DNA of 34,821 nucleotides, taken from contig NW_021829939.1 in NCBI RefSeq assembly GCF_006345805.1, forward strand, positions 1-34,821. Reading direction: 5' to 3'. Below the pieces are notes generated by a model. The model saw nothing but the letters and a program-made list of their open reading frames with translations. It did not search any database and was not told the origin of the DNA. The stretch is from Octopus sinensis (lineage: Eukaryota). Below, piece by piece: positions 9,669 through 23,600 of the stretch (position 1 is its first letter; the number at the start of each line of letters is the position of its first letter). A program made the translations under genes and the position numbers.

Positions 9669-9769
9669 ATAATCAATAAATTTTGAATGCGAGTAGAACT
9701 GTTTAATAATTCGAAAATAACCAAAATTGACGTAATTGAAAAAATTAATTTTATTTTAACAAAGAATTA

Positions 9770-10265
9770 TGCTTTTTTATCAAAGTAATATTCCAGTCCC
9801 GTTTGTAGGTGATCCCTGCCTCCAACAACACCCGTACTCTCCTTACATGATCTTTTGATGACCCAAACGTAACCCGGAAACACCTTCTCTTCCTTCTGCA
9901 GAAGAACTCAATCGGAGTGCATTTCTTTATAACCGACCAAAATTCCTCTGCATGGGCCACCTTTTCCTTGAGTGGGTTTCCCAGTTCCTTGCAGAAACGT
10001 AGGAAACCCTGTCCATTCTTCTGCGTCGCCTCCTCGGAAGCAAGGCTGCCAACTGAGGTGTCAGTGTGGAGCATAATCTTCCTTCTGAGTGAGTTCAAAC
10101 GTTCCGCTTTCGAACAAGCAATTGCAAACCTCCAGGCTGAGCAGGCATACTCAACCGTCGGAGCAATCACTTGTTGGTAGACCTTGCTAACACAATCTTT
10201 CAGGAGAAAGGGACTCTTCTTTAACAGAGCTTTCAAGACATCCCTCGTTATCTTTCGAAAGGATT
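9770..10265 (-). mobile_element. LINE ORF2 C-terminal fragment
   Basis: VYQQVIAPTVEYACSAW...KAERLNSLRRKI matches the post-RT LY...I.P.LEYA..AW motif. The segment is GC-richer than its flanks. Confidence 0.7.
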
Positions 10266-10866
10266 GTAGGTTTTTAAACAAAATGTAGTGTACTATTATT
10301 ACAAGCTGTACATTTTTTCTTAGATCAGAGTCCTTTCGAAAAATAACAAGTGATAGATAGGCGAAATCAACGCTTTTGTTGCAGATTATATCAAATTATG
10401 TGTTCAGGAAATATTAGAAATCAATTTGAAAATCTAGTTTAGACTCAATTGAAAATGCAAGTATTTTAATTTAAAATTTATATTTAGGACATTTTAATTG
10501 TCTTTGTTAACGTCCAAAAAAATCAAAATTTGATTTAAAGTTAAGGAACAGCGGTTAGGTGTCGGGCTAGAGTGAATGTAACCGGTTCCCCATACGTATT
10601 CATCCACCATGTCACATATTATGTTAATTAGAATTTTTCTCTAATAGGTCAGCTTAGCATCAATAATTTCGTTTTCAAAATTTATGGCATAATCGATCCA
10701 GAATAACACTACCTATTGTAACCTCAAAAAAACTTCAAGGCATTAAAAAACACGAAAAATACATACGATCTTGACGCTTTCAGGATTATAACACAACTGC
10801 GCATTCTAGAAAAATATGATCAAGACAAATTATGTTATGCAAACAAGAAAATCGATTAATGAAATG

Positions 10867-11826
<960 letters not shown>

Positions 11827-12149
11827 TCTATTTTACTGTTATTAAAAATATTCAAATTAAGTGCCGTGATTAAAAAGATTTGATTACCAGAAATGTATAA
11901 TATAAATAATAGTTCAATTTTTTTAATTTAATGGACTTCATTTAAAACAGAAAAAGAAAAAAGGTCAATTTAAAATGCCGAATTAATTAAGGTTAAATAT
12001 AAAATTGAAAGGATTGAATAAACTAATTATTACGATGTTAATTTTTCATTATCCGCGAGAGATTAGTCTCCTCATTTTAGAGGAGGAAGTAGCAACATCC
12101 CTCTAATATCCTCTGCCTCCAAATCAGTTACGACTCCTTTTCCCCTACT

Positions 12150-13200
12150 TTTCATATTGTCATCATACGAACCACTTGTTATGCTGTACAGTGAAGACAG
12201 GAATGCGGGACACATCAATAGGATTTCGGATGCCAAGACCTCCAAAGGAGACAGGAAGGGAAGCTTGTTTCCAGCCATGATCGTCGAATTTGATGTTTAT
12301 GATGCGTTCGGTTGTTTTCCGGAAAAGGACATTAATAGAATGAAGTTGATCATTTTCTAAGAAGCAGGGTGACCCCCGTAGCACATGATTTAATTTTTGG
12401 ATGCCAAGGGCATTTTTGAGCAGGAAAAAGGCTGTATGTGGGTCCAACAAATTAAGACGAACAAAAGTCTTTTCCAGTAGCATTTCCTTAGTTTCAAGAG
12501 CGTCCTTGATTCCACCATCTATCAATGGGCAGCCTAATATCTCCAGACTGATACTAGGCGTAATGGACGGTCCGGGAATTATCTCACTGAAAGAGGAAAC
12601 AATAACCTCGAATTCATCACAACGGAACCCAAAATTAATGATTTCACTTTTTGAAGTGCTCAGTATACGACCAACGCATTCAAGTCTCGGAATTAGGTCA
12701 ACAAGCGTCTTGAAGACAGTTTCGGGATGACCTCCGAGGGTGCAGTCATCAAGGTACTAAACATTCAGCGGGGTTGAGCAGCTATTAGCAATGTGATTAA
12801 TTCCAAGGCAAAAGAGAACAGGAACCAATAAGTCTCCTTGTTGAACCCCCGAGGACGAGGAAATATGGTAAGGGCCATAAACGAGGGTGGATGGTTTCGC
12901 GTATGAGCTGAAAACATAGTTGTATATTTCGGGACAAAATTCAAGACAGTTCTCCAATATAGAGTCGCGGCGAATGGTGTTAAATGCATTACGGATGTCC
13001 AATTTAACAATAATATAGGGGTATTGTTGTTTATGTGGTTGAATGCACGGATTCCGTGTATTGCAGCTTCACAACCTTCTAGGGTACCAACTCCAAGTTG
13101 AATAGGGCACATTAGCGGGGTTAATGTGGAGATAACAGCCCTGCATGCCATCTTTGAAGCTAGCCGACGGAAGACAGATCCAACTGCAATGGGTCGAACA
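12150..13200 (-). mobile_element. CRE-clade retrotransposon RT region, frameshifted
   Basis: RPIAVG, QLGVG..GCEAAIH, DIRNAFNTI, GVQQGD, YLDD, LEILGCPL, WKQASLPVSFGGLGIR spread over several frames with stops. Confidence 0.9.
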
Positions 13201-13719
13201 CCCCCTCCTTTCTTTTATATTTTCAAGATGACAAGGTATACAATGAGAAATACAATTATCAATCAAAATTGACTTTTTTCCTTCGTCAAAAAGTTGTCAA
13301 AATTAATCCGCCATTTGGCCCGACAGAGCATTGATAGTCGTAATTTTGGAAACATCTTGGCATCTTTAAGTTTCCAATTAAAACAGGTTTTAGTTTGTGA
13401 TTATTTACACACAACATTACAGATATCCGATCCTTAAAATCTTTATATCGTCCAAACTGAGTCTTGCAAATACTTTTAGGTAGAATTAGTTTGTAGAAAA
13501 TCCCTGTTTCATCAAGGTTATAAATTTCATCGAGAGTATAGGACTTGGATAAATTTTGAAATTCATTTAAAAATCCTTTGATGTTAACTTTTTATCAGTT
13601 TTCATCTGCCCATACAATTTTCTCAGACGGAATTCATTTCTTTTTTCAAACTTGAACAAGAACTTTTTAAAAATGTATTACTTATCAATATTTTTTTATT
13701 TAAAAATTTAAACAAATTG

Positions 13720-13875
13720 TGGCGAATTTCAGAATTAGCGAATCTCCATTGAAACTAGAATTTTTTTTAAAAAAGGGCGAATCTAAGAATTGGCGAATTT
13801 AAGAATGGCGAATTTAAGAATGGCGAATTTAAGAATGGCGAATTTAGAATGGCGAATTTGGGGGTATTCACTGTA
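13720..13875 (-). mobile_element. Right end of a pogo/Tc1-mariner-type MITE with a 15-bp subterminal tandem repeat
   Basis: AAGAATGGCGAATTT x4-5 (13786-13859), then the TIR whose reverse complement is CAGTGAATACCCCCAAATTCGCCATT, followed by TA. Confidence 0.65.
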
Positions 13876-14081
13876 TTTTTTTATTTTGTCATACACGAAT
13901 AAGCTTGTTACATCGAATTCTCGTAATTCAACATTTTTTGTCGATAGGATTTACAAGGGTGAGTACAAAGGCAATTTCAAATTCAGACAATGATAAATGA
14001 AAAATGTTTATCACAATCCACTACTTTCTGGGCGGAACTTTAACAACAAAAAAACACTTTCCGTTTTACATAACTGGAAGA

Positions 14082-14681
14082 TTAGGTATATATTGTCCTA
14101 TTCCTCAAAGTGGGTGTAAAACTATCTGACATTGACGTTACATTCTTGCCTTCACTATACACAGACAAGTCAGCTTGGAATAAATGCGCACTTCCAGTCA
14201 AATACGTTCTGCCATACTTTACTCCCCTAATATACTTTGTGTCAGTTCTAATAAAATGCATGCCAAATAATCTCTTCTTATCACAAATGATCAAAAAATC
14301 GAAATTTACAAAATTAGTCTAACTGAATAAATTATTGACTATTTATTTGTATAGAAAACATTAGTTTACTGAAACTATATAAGGAAAAATCAAAGAAACG
14401 AAGGACCCCAAAATTGATACACTGTTAATAAAAGTGCAGCTTTGGAGCTCTTGTAAAAGACCCTTCGCTGTGTGGGAGAATGTTATTAAGAAGACTTGGG
14501 AAGTGTACTTGGACATAGACCCAAAGAGTGTCATGATGCAATAGGAATGTTTAGATCCGGGCAGATTGATTAACAAACCGGCATAGACGACTACCCACAA
14601 TAGATTGTCGCTGGCCTTTATACACATCAGACAGTAATACACGTTTTTTAGTACGACCCGTGGACTATCCGATTGATCCAA
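14082..14681 (-). CDS. Candidate two-exon gene of unknown function
   Basis: The 106-aa and 70-aa minus-strand ORFs can be joined in frame by a 51-nt GT-AG intron. No family recognised. A competing plus-strand model (25-nt GT-AG intron near 14096-14110) also exists. Confidence 0.25.
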
Positions 14682-16093
14682 TCAGCAATGAAATGTTGGT
14701 GAGATATTATGATTATTAATTGTTTTTTTCCGTTATAAAGTCGAATTTTGAAATAATTTTTAATCATTGACTAATAAACTGAAATTAAGAAGCCGTGAAG
14801 ACAAGTAAAACGACCGAAAACAGTCCTTCTGGTAAAAACTTTGAAATGAGAGGAAGTAATATATATAATTTTGAGAAAAAGATTAGAAACAGATTAGAGG
14901 AATAAAATCGAAAATATCACAAAAATGACGAAATTTCAGATAATTAAATCACTAAAAGAAAAACTTCACACGAAATATTCCTTCTGAATCCAATTTAATA
15001 CACAAAATAAAGCAAAGCTAATTAATAGAGCAGTACAACAAACTAAATAAACCGCATCTAATAATCTATTAGGTTTGTCATTAAAAATTTAGAAAATTAA
15101 CAAAAATTAATGAAAAAAAGTTTATAATATTATTGAAATAATTATCTGTATCTTTTATTTAGATTTTTCTAATCGGTCCATAAAAAGTACATCTAATTAA
15201 ATTTGTAAATTTTTAAGTTCATTTTAACTACTCCTATTATGACATAACTACTCATAACAGGCTCTTGTGGTCTGATTATTATTTCTGTCAATTGCTTATT
15301 AATCCAAATTTTCTTCAAAATACTGACATGAATAACTGTTAATGACATGTGATGAATCGGTTTATCAGGTACGGAGAGAGAAACGTTATCTCCTCGTTTG
15401 AATAAACTGGAATAAAATGAAACAGTCGTTTTCTGAATGATTTATAAATTTCGTTAATAATACTTTGTCGTAAAGTCAATCGAAGTAACTATTAGCAATA
15501 CATGGAACACATAATTAGTTACGCCTACGCAGCGTAGGGAAAAACGATCAGCTACATCAATTGGGGAAAATTTTCGAAAATTCAATCAAAAAACTGTCTA
15601 AGAAACAGGGTGACGACATAACGAATGACACAGCTGCTGCGCCCATACAAAAAATTCGCGTGAACAAGAGGAAGAACGTCAGCGGAAAATGAGGACCCTC
15701 CTTTAGACAGTGGTCTTGGTTGAATAATAATAAAAGATACAGGCTCGTAAAATTGTGGAATGAATTTCTATTTTAAAAAATGAAAAAACAATTTTCAAAG
15801 AATGGGCTAAAATTGAGTTTTTTTTCTGTGAAGATGAACTTGGATTAAAAAGGTTAAGTGCATTGAGTGCAACTTAATAAATAAAAGTTAGACTGAACAT
15901 AATTATAACCACTTTAGGAAAGACCGCTTTTTTTCAAAATTAAAAAATCTCTAATATAATTTGAATACATAAGAAAAATCAATTTAAAGCTAATAAGTAT
16001 ATTATTGATTATCGAAAAGGAGGACGAAACAGTTACAGATTGTATTCATATTTCTCGATTAGTTAAAATTGATTGATACTTTTTAATCTAGAA

Positions 16094-17478
16094 CAGGGGT
16101 TCTCAACCTTTTTAGCTCAAGGGCCAAATCGATAATTAAGATTAGCTTCGCGGGCCGCACAAAAAATATTTTATATATTTTTATATTTTCCAAGCCGGTA
16201 ACTCGCTTGCAATCCGAAGTGCAGCCACTGCTGATGGTAATGAGTTTTTGGACTCTGTTTCTTTTTTTTAATTTCCATTTCCTTATAAAGAATTACAAGC
16301 TAAAAAATCTAAAAAAAGGCGTTGTAACTAAAAAGAAAGTATTATTTGTTTATTAAGTTTTTGAAATCCGGAATAAGTAAAGTCGAAGAAGTTCGTAAAA
16401 GCTGACTCGAGTGATTATCCGTGAGATTGTTACGATATTTATTTTTTATGCGAATCATTTTCCTAAATATTGATTCGCATAAAAAGTAGATCCAAACATT
16501 GATATATTCATATATGCATTGTGTGTTATATTTTTGAATTTGTCTTGAGGAATTAATTCGTAAAAATTAATAATGGACGCTTTTTTGAACAATGCCGCCA
16601 GTTCTATATCATGTTGTAAATTAATGAGTTCTAGTTGAAACTTTGCAGGCGCATCCTTAATTTCCACGCTGAATGGAGTTGCGAATATTTTCATTAAAGG
16701 AAGGAATTTTTTAAAATTCTAAAAATTAAATTTATATAAATGTACCCCAAAACGTGCTTCAAATTGATTAATTAAATCACCAATTATGGATATGTATTTT
16801 TCATAAGCAGCGCCTCGTTGTTTTCAGATAGTGAATAAATAAAAATGAGATGTATTCCCTCTTTAAGGGAAGTCATCCATAAATATAATTTTTCGATAAA
16901 CAAAGAAATATATCCATATACCTGATAACAGAGTTTGCCTTTTCCTTGTAATTCAACATTGAGATCCGACAAATGCGTGGTTAAATCAACATAAAAAGCC
17001 AAATCGGCAATCCATCTTTCATCGTAAGTTCATCGAAAATTACTCTGTCTTTGGTAAACTCCTTAATTTCTGGAAGCAATTTATAGAACCTTTAATAAAA
17101 TATTAAGGCATTCGAACGACTTAACCACCTCACTTCAGTATGAAAAATAACATCTCCATACTCAGCATCAACTTCTTCCAAAAAAGATTTAAAATATCGG
17201 TGATTGAGCGCTTTTGAGCGTATCCAATAAACGATATTAACGACTTTTTTGGAAACATGTTCCATTTAATGGACTTGGCGATAAGATTTTCTGGTGAATT
17301 ATGCAGTGATGCCATATTAATTGATCGAAACTATTTTCGGTTATATCTTTGGAACAATCAATAAATAATTAAATTTTAACATTATTAAAAAATTAAAAAA
17401 GTTAGTTACTCTAGAGGGGCCGCAAAAAAAATCCTGCGGGCCGCATGCGGCCCCGGGGGCCGCATTTGAGAACCGCTG
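16094..17478 (-). mobile_element. hAT transposon (Buster/SPIN/Charlie-like), internally deleted, 1385 bp
   Basis: TIRs CAGGGGTTCTCAAC / CAGCGGTTCTCAAA. Identical 8-bp TSD ATCTAGAA at 16086-16093 and 17479-17486. Transposase C-terminal pieces (FYVDLTTHLSDLNVELQGKG; PFSVE..FQLELINLQ; SMFGST). Confidence 0.93.
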
Positions 17479-18289
17479 ATCTAGAATAAAAATAATTTTT
17501 TATTAAAATTAACGATAAATTTTATCCAAAAAATATTAGAATAACCTAAAATCGTGAAACAAGCTGGCTTTTTCAGTGGATATCGTTCGCGATATTGCGT
17601 GGAAATTGCCTGTCCATCCGCTCGGCGACTCATCTAATTTAGTTAACTTCTCTATTTTCTTTTGACCTTAATAAATCACTAAAGTGAAAAAAAAACCTAA
17701 AATGAAACAACAATATTCAACGTATACGCTAATTTCATAAATTGCGTGTGGTTGGTTTTGTTAATATAAATTGGTTAAAAATGAATTTTACATTAAAAAT
17801 CGTATTTTTAATGATAATTTCAATACACATTTTACGCGCAATAGGCTATAAGGTTGGCCCATTGATTTGAAAAAATAGAAATATATTAATTATCGGTCTA
17901 TGATAATGTAAAATTTTCCCCAAAAAGCGGTTTATTTCATAAAATCATTGTATTTTACAGGGATGGCAATAATATTTCTCCAAAAGCAAGGGTTCTCCCA
18001 AAAAGTAGGTTCCCCGCAACTCGATTTTTTCAATTCAAGGTCTCACTATATTTTAACCAATATTTAGACAGGTGTTATTCAGATTTTTCCGTTTTTGTAA
18101 AAAATGCTACCTAAAAATTTAGTACTAACTATTGTAGAGTACAAAACATTGTTTCTTATTTAAAAAGCAATACGATTGATGTAAGTTTAATTGAAATGAA
18201 AAAGTCAAGATTTATAAATAAAAAAATTTTTTACTAAAGATTCTAGATTAAAACCAAATAAGAAACAAACAATTGTAATTGCTAAAAAA

Positions 18290-19055
18290 TAATTTGTCAA
18301 CATTCAGAGAGATCATCCCTAAAGCCACAGAAACCAAACCAGAACAACTAGAAATACTTGGATGCCCTCTCACTGATGCAGGAATCAGTAACACTTTAAT
18401 AACAAAAGAACATCAACTAAAAACAACTTTCAGACGTTTGGAGTTGCTAGACGCACATACCTCCCTATTCCTGCTAAAAAACGCCTTGTCAGCACAGAAA
18501 CTAAATTACGTTCTTCGGGGTGACCCTGCTACCTGAAAACGCAACAGCTCGACAATATCGATCGTCTCTTTCGGACCACAATTGAACGCATTACGAATGT
18601 GAAATTCGACGACCAAGGGTGGGACCAAGCGACCCTACCCGTTAACCTGGGCGGACTGGGAATCCCTTCTCCGAATGATCTGGCTCGCCCCGCATATCTA
18701 TCCTCTTTGGACTCCAACCAACTGCTGATCAGGATGATTCTCCAACTCCAAACTGAAAGACCATCTGCGAGGATAAATACGAGAGGCTTCTGAACCAGTC
18801 AAACCAACACAGACGTGCCTGTCTAGTGACTGGAAGATGCGAATCGAGTGGAGCTTGGATCAATGCACTCCCCGTTGATAGTGTCGGAACTCACTTTGAC
18901 GACGATACTGTCCGAATTGACATCAGCACCAGACTTGGACTGGAGATTTGCCGGACTCACAAATGCCGGTGTGGGGCCACCGTCGATTGTTACGGACACC
19001 ATGCTCTCTCTTGTCGAAGAAGTGCAGGACAATTTCCAAGACACAAGGCGATCAT
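18290..19055 (+). mobile_element. CRE-clade retrotransposon, RT C-terminus to zinc knuckle
   Basis: LEILGCPL, LDAHTSLFLLKN, WDQATLPVNLGGLGI, SGAWINALP, LGLEIC..HKCRCG..DCYGHHALSC. Confidence 0.88.
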
Positions 19056-19925
19056 TTCCTTTCCTTCCATAAAATTTTTGACAATCGACGAATAATCTTT
19101 CAACCTTTTGGAGTATATACCTCCAACGGTTATCCATCCAATAGAAGTTTTTAAATCAATGGATGCTAATTCACATACATTCTGTTCAATTATTCTTGGA
19201 TTCCGAATGTCAATAGATTTTTTGTAAAATATTGATGTTCCTGTGCCGGCGTTAGCACCAGGATGCCAAGGAATATCAATCGAGCTGTATCCAGGAATAG
19301 TGATACTTCCAGACTTCTTCATTTTCGTCTCGTTAATGATAAATACATCCATCTGAACTGTGCTGATAAGAGCTATCAGCTCTGCTGCCCGCTTTCGAAG
19401 AGAGCGGGCATTAACCAGGGTAATCCTGGTCACGTTTGATTTATTTGGTGGCTGCTTCCCTCTTTTAGGAGAGCCACCAAACCGAGTAAAAACTTGGCAT
19501 CTTTTTTAGTTCTGGTCATGTCCTTAATAGATCTTTCGAGCTCATTAATTAAGTCAGCTCGAGGTCGACCCGTCATTGACCCAGCTCCTGAAGTCGACAA
19601 AGTCTGCACCGCCGAGTGAGATATAGTCGTTTCCTCTGTCTGTGTTCCAACTTCAACTGTTTTCCTAACTCTTGGAACGTTCCATCCCGCCCATGGCTTC
19701 AAGGGTAAATTTTTTATGTCTGTTTGGTTGATTTTAGCATTCTCAGAAGCTTCTTTTAACAGTTTCTGAACCAGAATTTTATCATTTTTTAGCTTTGAAG
19801 CTTCTTTAGCTTTCTCACAGCCCCGATAATTTGCCAAGTGGCTCGAAGAACCGCAGTTGACACATTTTTTCATGTTAGAGTCCTTGCAATCTGTTCCAGC
19901 ATGTGTACCCGAACAAAATTTCGAT
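19056..19925 (-). mobile_element. Jockey/I-like LINE fragment: ORF1 zinc knuckles plus ORF2 APE endonuclease start
   Basis: ORF1 end FCSGTHAGTDC...CVNCGSSSHLANYRGC. ORF2 start ITLVNARSL...IINETK...GTGTSIFYK. Truncated within the APE domain. Confidence 0.88.
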
Positions 19926-20360
19926 CCAATTATTATTATTTAAGCAATAATCATCCCTTTTTTAAATTCAGTTAACTGTTTCTTGGGAGAACGTGGCATA
20001 TGCAATAACAAGAAAAGTGAGCAATGTTTTTTGTCACAAGATTTAAATTTTTATGCTTTAAATTCCTTATATTGAAATGAAATCGCATTAATAAATTAGT
20101 ATACTTAAGAATTAGAATAAAAATGAAGCGTAAGATTAAATTTTTCATTAATTTGTCAATAAAAGCATGAAAAAATGGCTGAGCAATTTTTTTTGACGAG
20201 CACTGTACATTTGTCAACTATTAAATCTGAAAGTTGGAGTTTACATTTGAAAACGCATTATGAAGTAAACAAATTGAAAGAATAGTCATTTTTGTTTTAT
20301 ATAGTGCTAATGTTAAAAAAAAGAGGTATGGACGGTTCCAATTCCAAAACGCGCATATAA

Positions 20361-20640
20361 TTAATTCGCGGCTGACGACATAATTGAATAGGCATTGCCG
20401 CGAACAACGGCCAAACCTATTCTCTGTCGAAGCCATGTGGGTTCCCTCCAGTCGTTTTTTATATGAGCGATTTTACGTCCGATTTCTTTGAGGAATGACT
20501 CAGTTACAGTTCCTGTGACACCCGAAGTCTCGACTGCCACAGGAACAAAGCGGTACGAATCTCCGATTGTGGAATATTTGGCAATTTTTGCTTTTTCAGC
20601 AAAGTTAGCGGCCGATCTCTGAAGAATAGTCTGACAACTA
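20361..20640 (-). mobile_element. CRE-clade 3' end (RLE domain)
   Basis: SAANFAEKAKIAKY...YRFVPVAVETSG...EPTWLRQRIGLAVVRGNAYSIMSSAAN*. Absent from the ORF track because it has no start codon. Confidence 0.85.
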
Positions 20641-20724
20641 TTTTTTAGTATAAAGAGATTAATTATCGGAAATGTTTGTGCTGAATGTGTGGACTGTGCT
20701 CAAAGTCAGTCATTAAAAGTGCAT

Positions 20725-20990
20725 ATTCCTTGATTAACATTAAAGCAAAAACTCCAAACGAAGGTTATTAGATGGATATAAAAGATTTGAGTCCCTAGTC
20801 TGAATCGTGGCATCAAATATATTTTTAACATAATCGATATTTATTTCAAATTTTACTTTGCCTAAGATACTAATTCATATAAAGCATTTCTAATTTCTTC
20901 TATTTTAAAAGCTTTATTTTACAATTTTAGACCTCCTTAAATATTGCAATCAGAAAACAGTAAAGACCTCAAAAATGAGAAGGAAAAGTA
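20725..20990 (+). mobile_element. Degenerate DDE integrase remnant
   Basis: PLINIKAKTPNEGY*MDIKDL...IIDIYFKF resembles the I.A..P.ERFQMDL.D..L..ID..SK integrase start; contains stops. Confidence 0.5.
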
Positions 20991-22008
20991 ATTTAAACAA
21001 GGGGTTTTTAATCTAGGTCAATTTTCACAAAAACTAGGTAACAATATAGGTCAAGTGTGTAAGACGATAGTATGGGTAACGCGGACGTGTCGTTATCAAA
21101 AAGTTTGCTTATGTTTAATTATGTTAGTTGTATTGATACGTTATCGACGGATATGATCCGAATAAAAAGATATTTTGTTTATATTGTCTATTGTCTAACT
21201 TTCCGTCATTAACCAAACAGAAATCTATAAATTTCGTCCTAAAAGAGTTCTAAATTGATGAATGTCTAAATGTGAATTGCCCATTATTGGTATGTTGGTA
21301 AACCGGACGTCCTCACTAATGTGAAACGGCTGAAACTAAATTCCTACAAAGTTTACACAGACCTAAGATATTAAATTTTTTTATTAAATCTTATTTATTA
21401 TTTATATTTTTCCTAATTTATCAAATCGAATAAAATAAATTATTCACGTGTTAAGCACGTTGTATTCTTTTCTTGTGTTGTGCATTCCTGTTGTTAATTC
21501 TTATTTTATTATTTCTTGCTATCAATATATTTTTTTTTATAATATTATCATTTTTATATATTTGAAGATTAATTAAATTGACCGTTTGTAAAATATCCTG
21601 AATAAGGTTTATTTTGCAAGTAAATTTGTATTCATTTTATCAATTAATTAATCTCCATTCCTATGGAATTTTTTCAATTAAATTTATTTTCTTCTACACC
21701 ATATTGATCATTTTTAGTATTTTATTGTTTATTTTTTATGGTTCTAGTTTCCATTTTTATTAAAATAACGCTCACGAGTTTTTTTATAGTGTGATTCTAA
21801 TTTTTCTGGTGACAATTATTATTATTTAAGCCAAACAAAATCACCGTCTTAACCATTAACTAACACGTTCAGGTGATTCCGACACTTCTCAACAGTCGAG
21901 CCATCTTTTCACGATGTTCCGACTGTGACCCCACACATTTTCTGTATGTACGGTGAATGGTTTGTGATCCATTTCCACGATCCCCCCATTTGCCTCTACG
22001 AGAGACTT

Positions 22009-22565
22009 CAACTTGATAAACAATTGGCAAGAGATTTGAATCGTAATGTCGAAATATCGATCGAACTTGTATTGATTCATCGATGAATTCTTGGCTACCG
22101 AGGCAAAAATATATGACTAGTCTTCTATTTTTCACATAGAGTTCGGTTTTTGGAAGCTTTTAATTTTTTGGCTGGATTTGCCAATAATTTATTTTCATAT
22201 CGCCCAAACATGCTCTATTGCAGTGTTTCTTGGCTTTTTTAACCGAGAACCACTTTGGTTGTTGAATTTTTCTGGGGGACCACCAGTAACAAAACAATTT
22301 AATAAAAAATCATAGTATTGATGTTAAATCGGTAGATCATCCAATTGTATACTAATTTTGCATGGGCTGCCTATATCATAACATGTTGTTCCAAGAGAAA
22401 TTAACAATTTTTGGGTAGTTTGGAGTCAGAGAAGATGCTTGATGTTACCAGACCAAGAGCAACTTGATAAACAATTGGCACGAGATTTGAATCGTAATGT
22501 CGAAATATCGATCGAACCTCTATTGATTCGTCGATCAATTCTTGGCTACCGCGGCAAAAATATAT
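22009..22565. repeat. Dispersed 106-bp direct repeat (22009-22114 and 22460-22565), probably transposon-derived
   Basis: CAACTTGATAAACAATTGGCA.GAGATTTGAATCGTAATGTCGAAATATCGATCGAAC...GGCTACCG.GGCAAAAATATAT occurs twice. Confidence 0.85.
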
Positions 22566-22569
22566 AAAT

Positions 22570-22715
22570 CTTTAATAAACAATACCATAATTGAAACCCC
22601 TTCAGATCAATTAAATCCATCTGAAATCTTTCATTTGGACGATGGGCAATCACATTATTTTCTTCATCCACAAGTTTCAAGGGGGTTGAAAATTTGCATA
22701 TTTGTGAATAAATCC
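22570..22715 (-). mobile_element. Integrase-core fragment fused to the Merlin remnant
   Basis: VIAHRPNERFQMDLIDLK motif. Confidence 0.55.
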
Positions 22716-22719
22716 CTCC

Positions 22720-23233
22720 AATCTGCGTAATCCCATTATAGGCGGCCCAACCATCAGTAATGATATGGGTGCCGGGAAGTACGCGTCGAACGATAACTTC
22801 ATTAAATGTTTCCGCTGTTCTTTCTAAAGGATAAATGCAAATAGAACCTACAACTTCTTCAAAAAAGCACTTTCTAGTTTCCCTGTCTATTCCACACAAT
22901 ACCCAATGGCCTGGTCGCCAATGACCTTGATGGTACTTTCTGTGAAAAAATTTGCACTCGTCGATTTCCACTATCGACTCTTCTGTTCTGTCTAAAGGAT
23001 AAATGGAAAAAAGCACTTGCAACTTTTTCAAAAAAGCACTTTCTATTTCCCTGTCTATTCCACCCAATATTCAATGGCCTGGTCGCCCATGACCTTGATG
23101 GTACTTTCTGTGAAAAAATTTGCACTCGTCGATTTCCACTATCGACTCTTCTGTTCTGTCTAAAGGATAAATGGAAAAAAAAACCTGCAACAAATCTTTT
23201 CTTGAAAGATACAGCTTTCCAGAAATTACACAA
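22720..23233 (-). mobile_element. Merlin (IS1016/IS1595-like) transposase remnant with an internal ~169-bp tandem duplication
   Basis: IVEIDECKFFHRKYHQG..WVLCGIDRETRKCF..RTAETF..I..VLPGTHIITDGWAAY. The VEIDE-to-KCF block is present twice. Confidence 0.85.
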
Positions 23234-23600
23234 AAATTTTCAGCTTTTTTGCTGAGTTAAAGCCGCGCTGACATCGTGCGACATTAAACAGGAATTAATC
23301 CGAGACCGTAAAGCATTCTTCAACGAGGGTTTAGAATTAGATTTTATATGAGAGAGACGGAACGAGAGAGCCCTTCATAAACTGACTCATATTCTTTTTA
23401 AAGATAAAAACAAAGGAATCATCGGGGAGACGGGCAGAGGAGCCCAACGCAAAGGTTGGAAAAAGGAATAAACATTCCAATTAGAAATGGATGGGTCGGA
23501 AATGACAGAATCGATTAGAGAGGATAAGATTTGGGCCGCAGAAATACGGGGAGATTTTGGATTCGAATAGGAATGCGGAAAGAAGCATGATAATCGTCAA

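Noticed and set aside
10560-10859. Plus-strand gene ending 8 bp from the UPP stop
   Set aside because: The terminal frame KNFKALKN...KKID* could not be spliced into a continuous ORF and no family was recognised.
13790-13993. ORF MANLRMANLRMANLR
   Set aside because: It is a translation of the 15-bp subterminal repeat of a MITE.
15190-15450. Minus-strand exon-like frame (KTTVSFYSS...RPQEP)
   Set aside because: No in-frame upstream exon and no recognisable motif.
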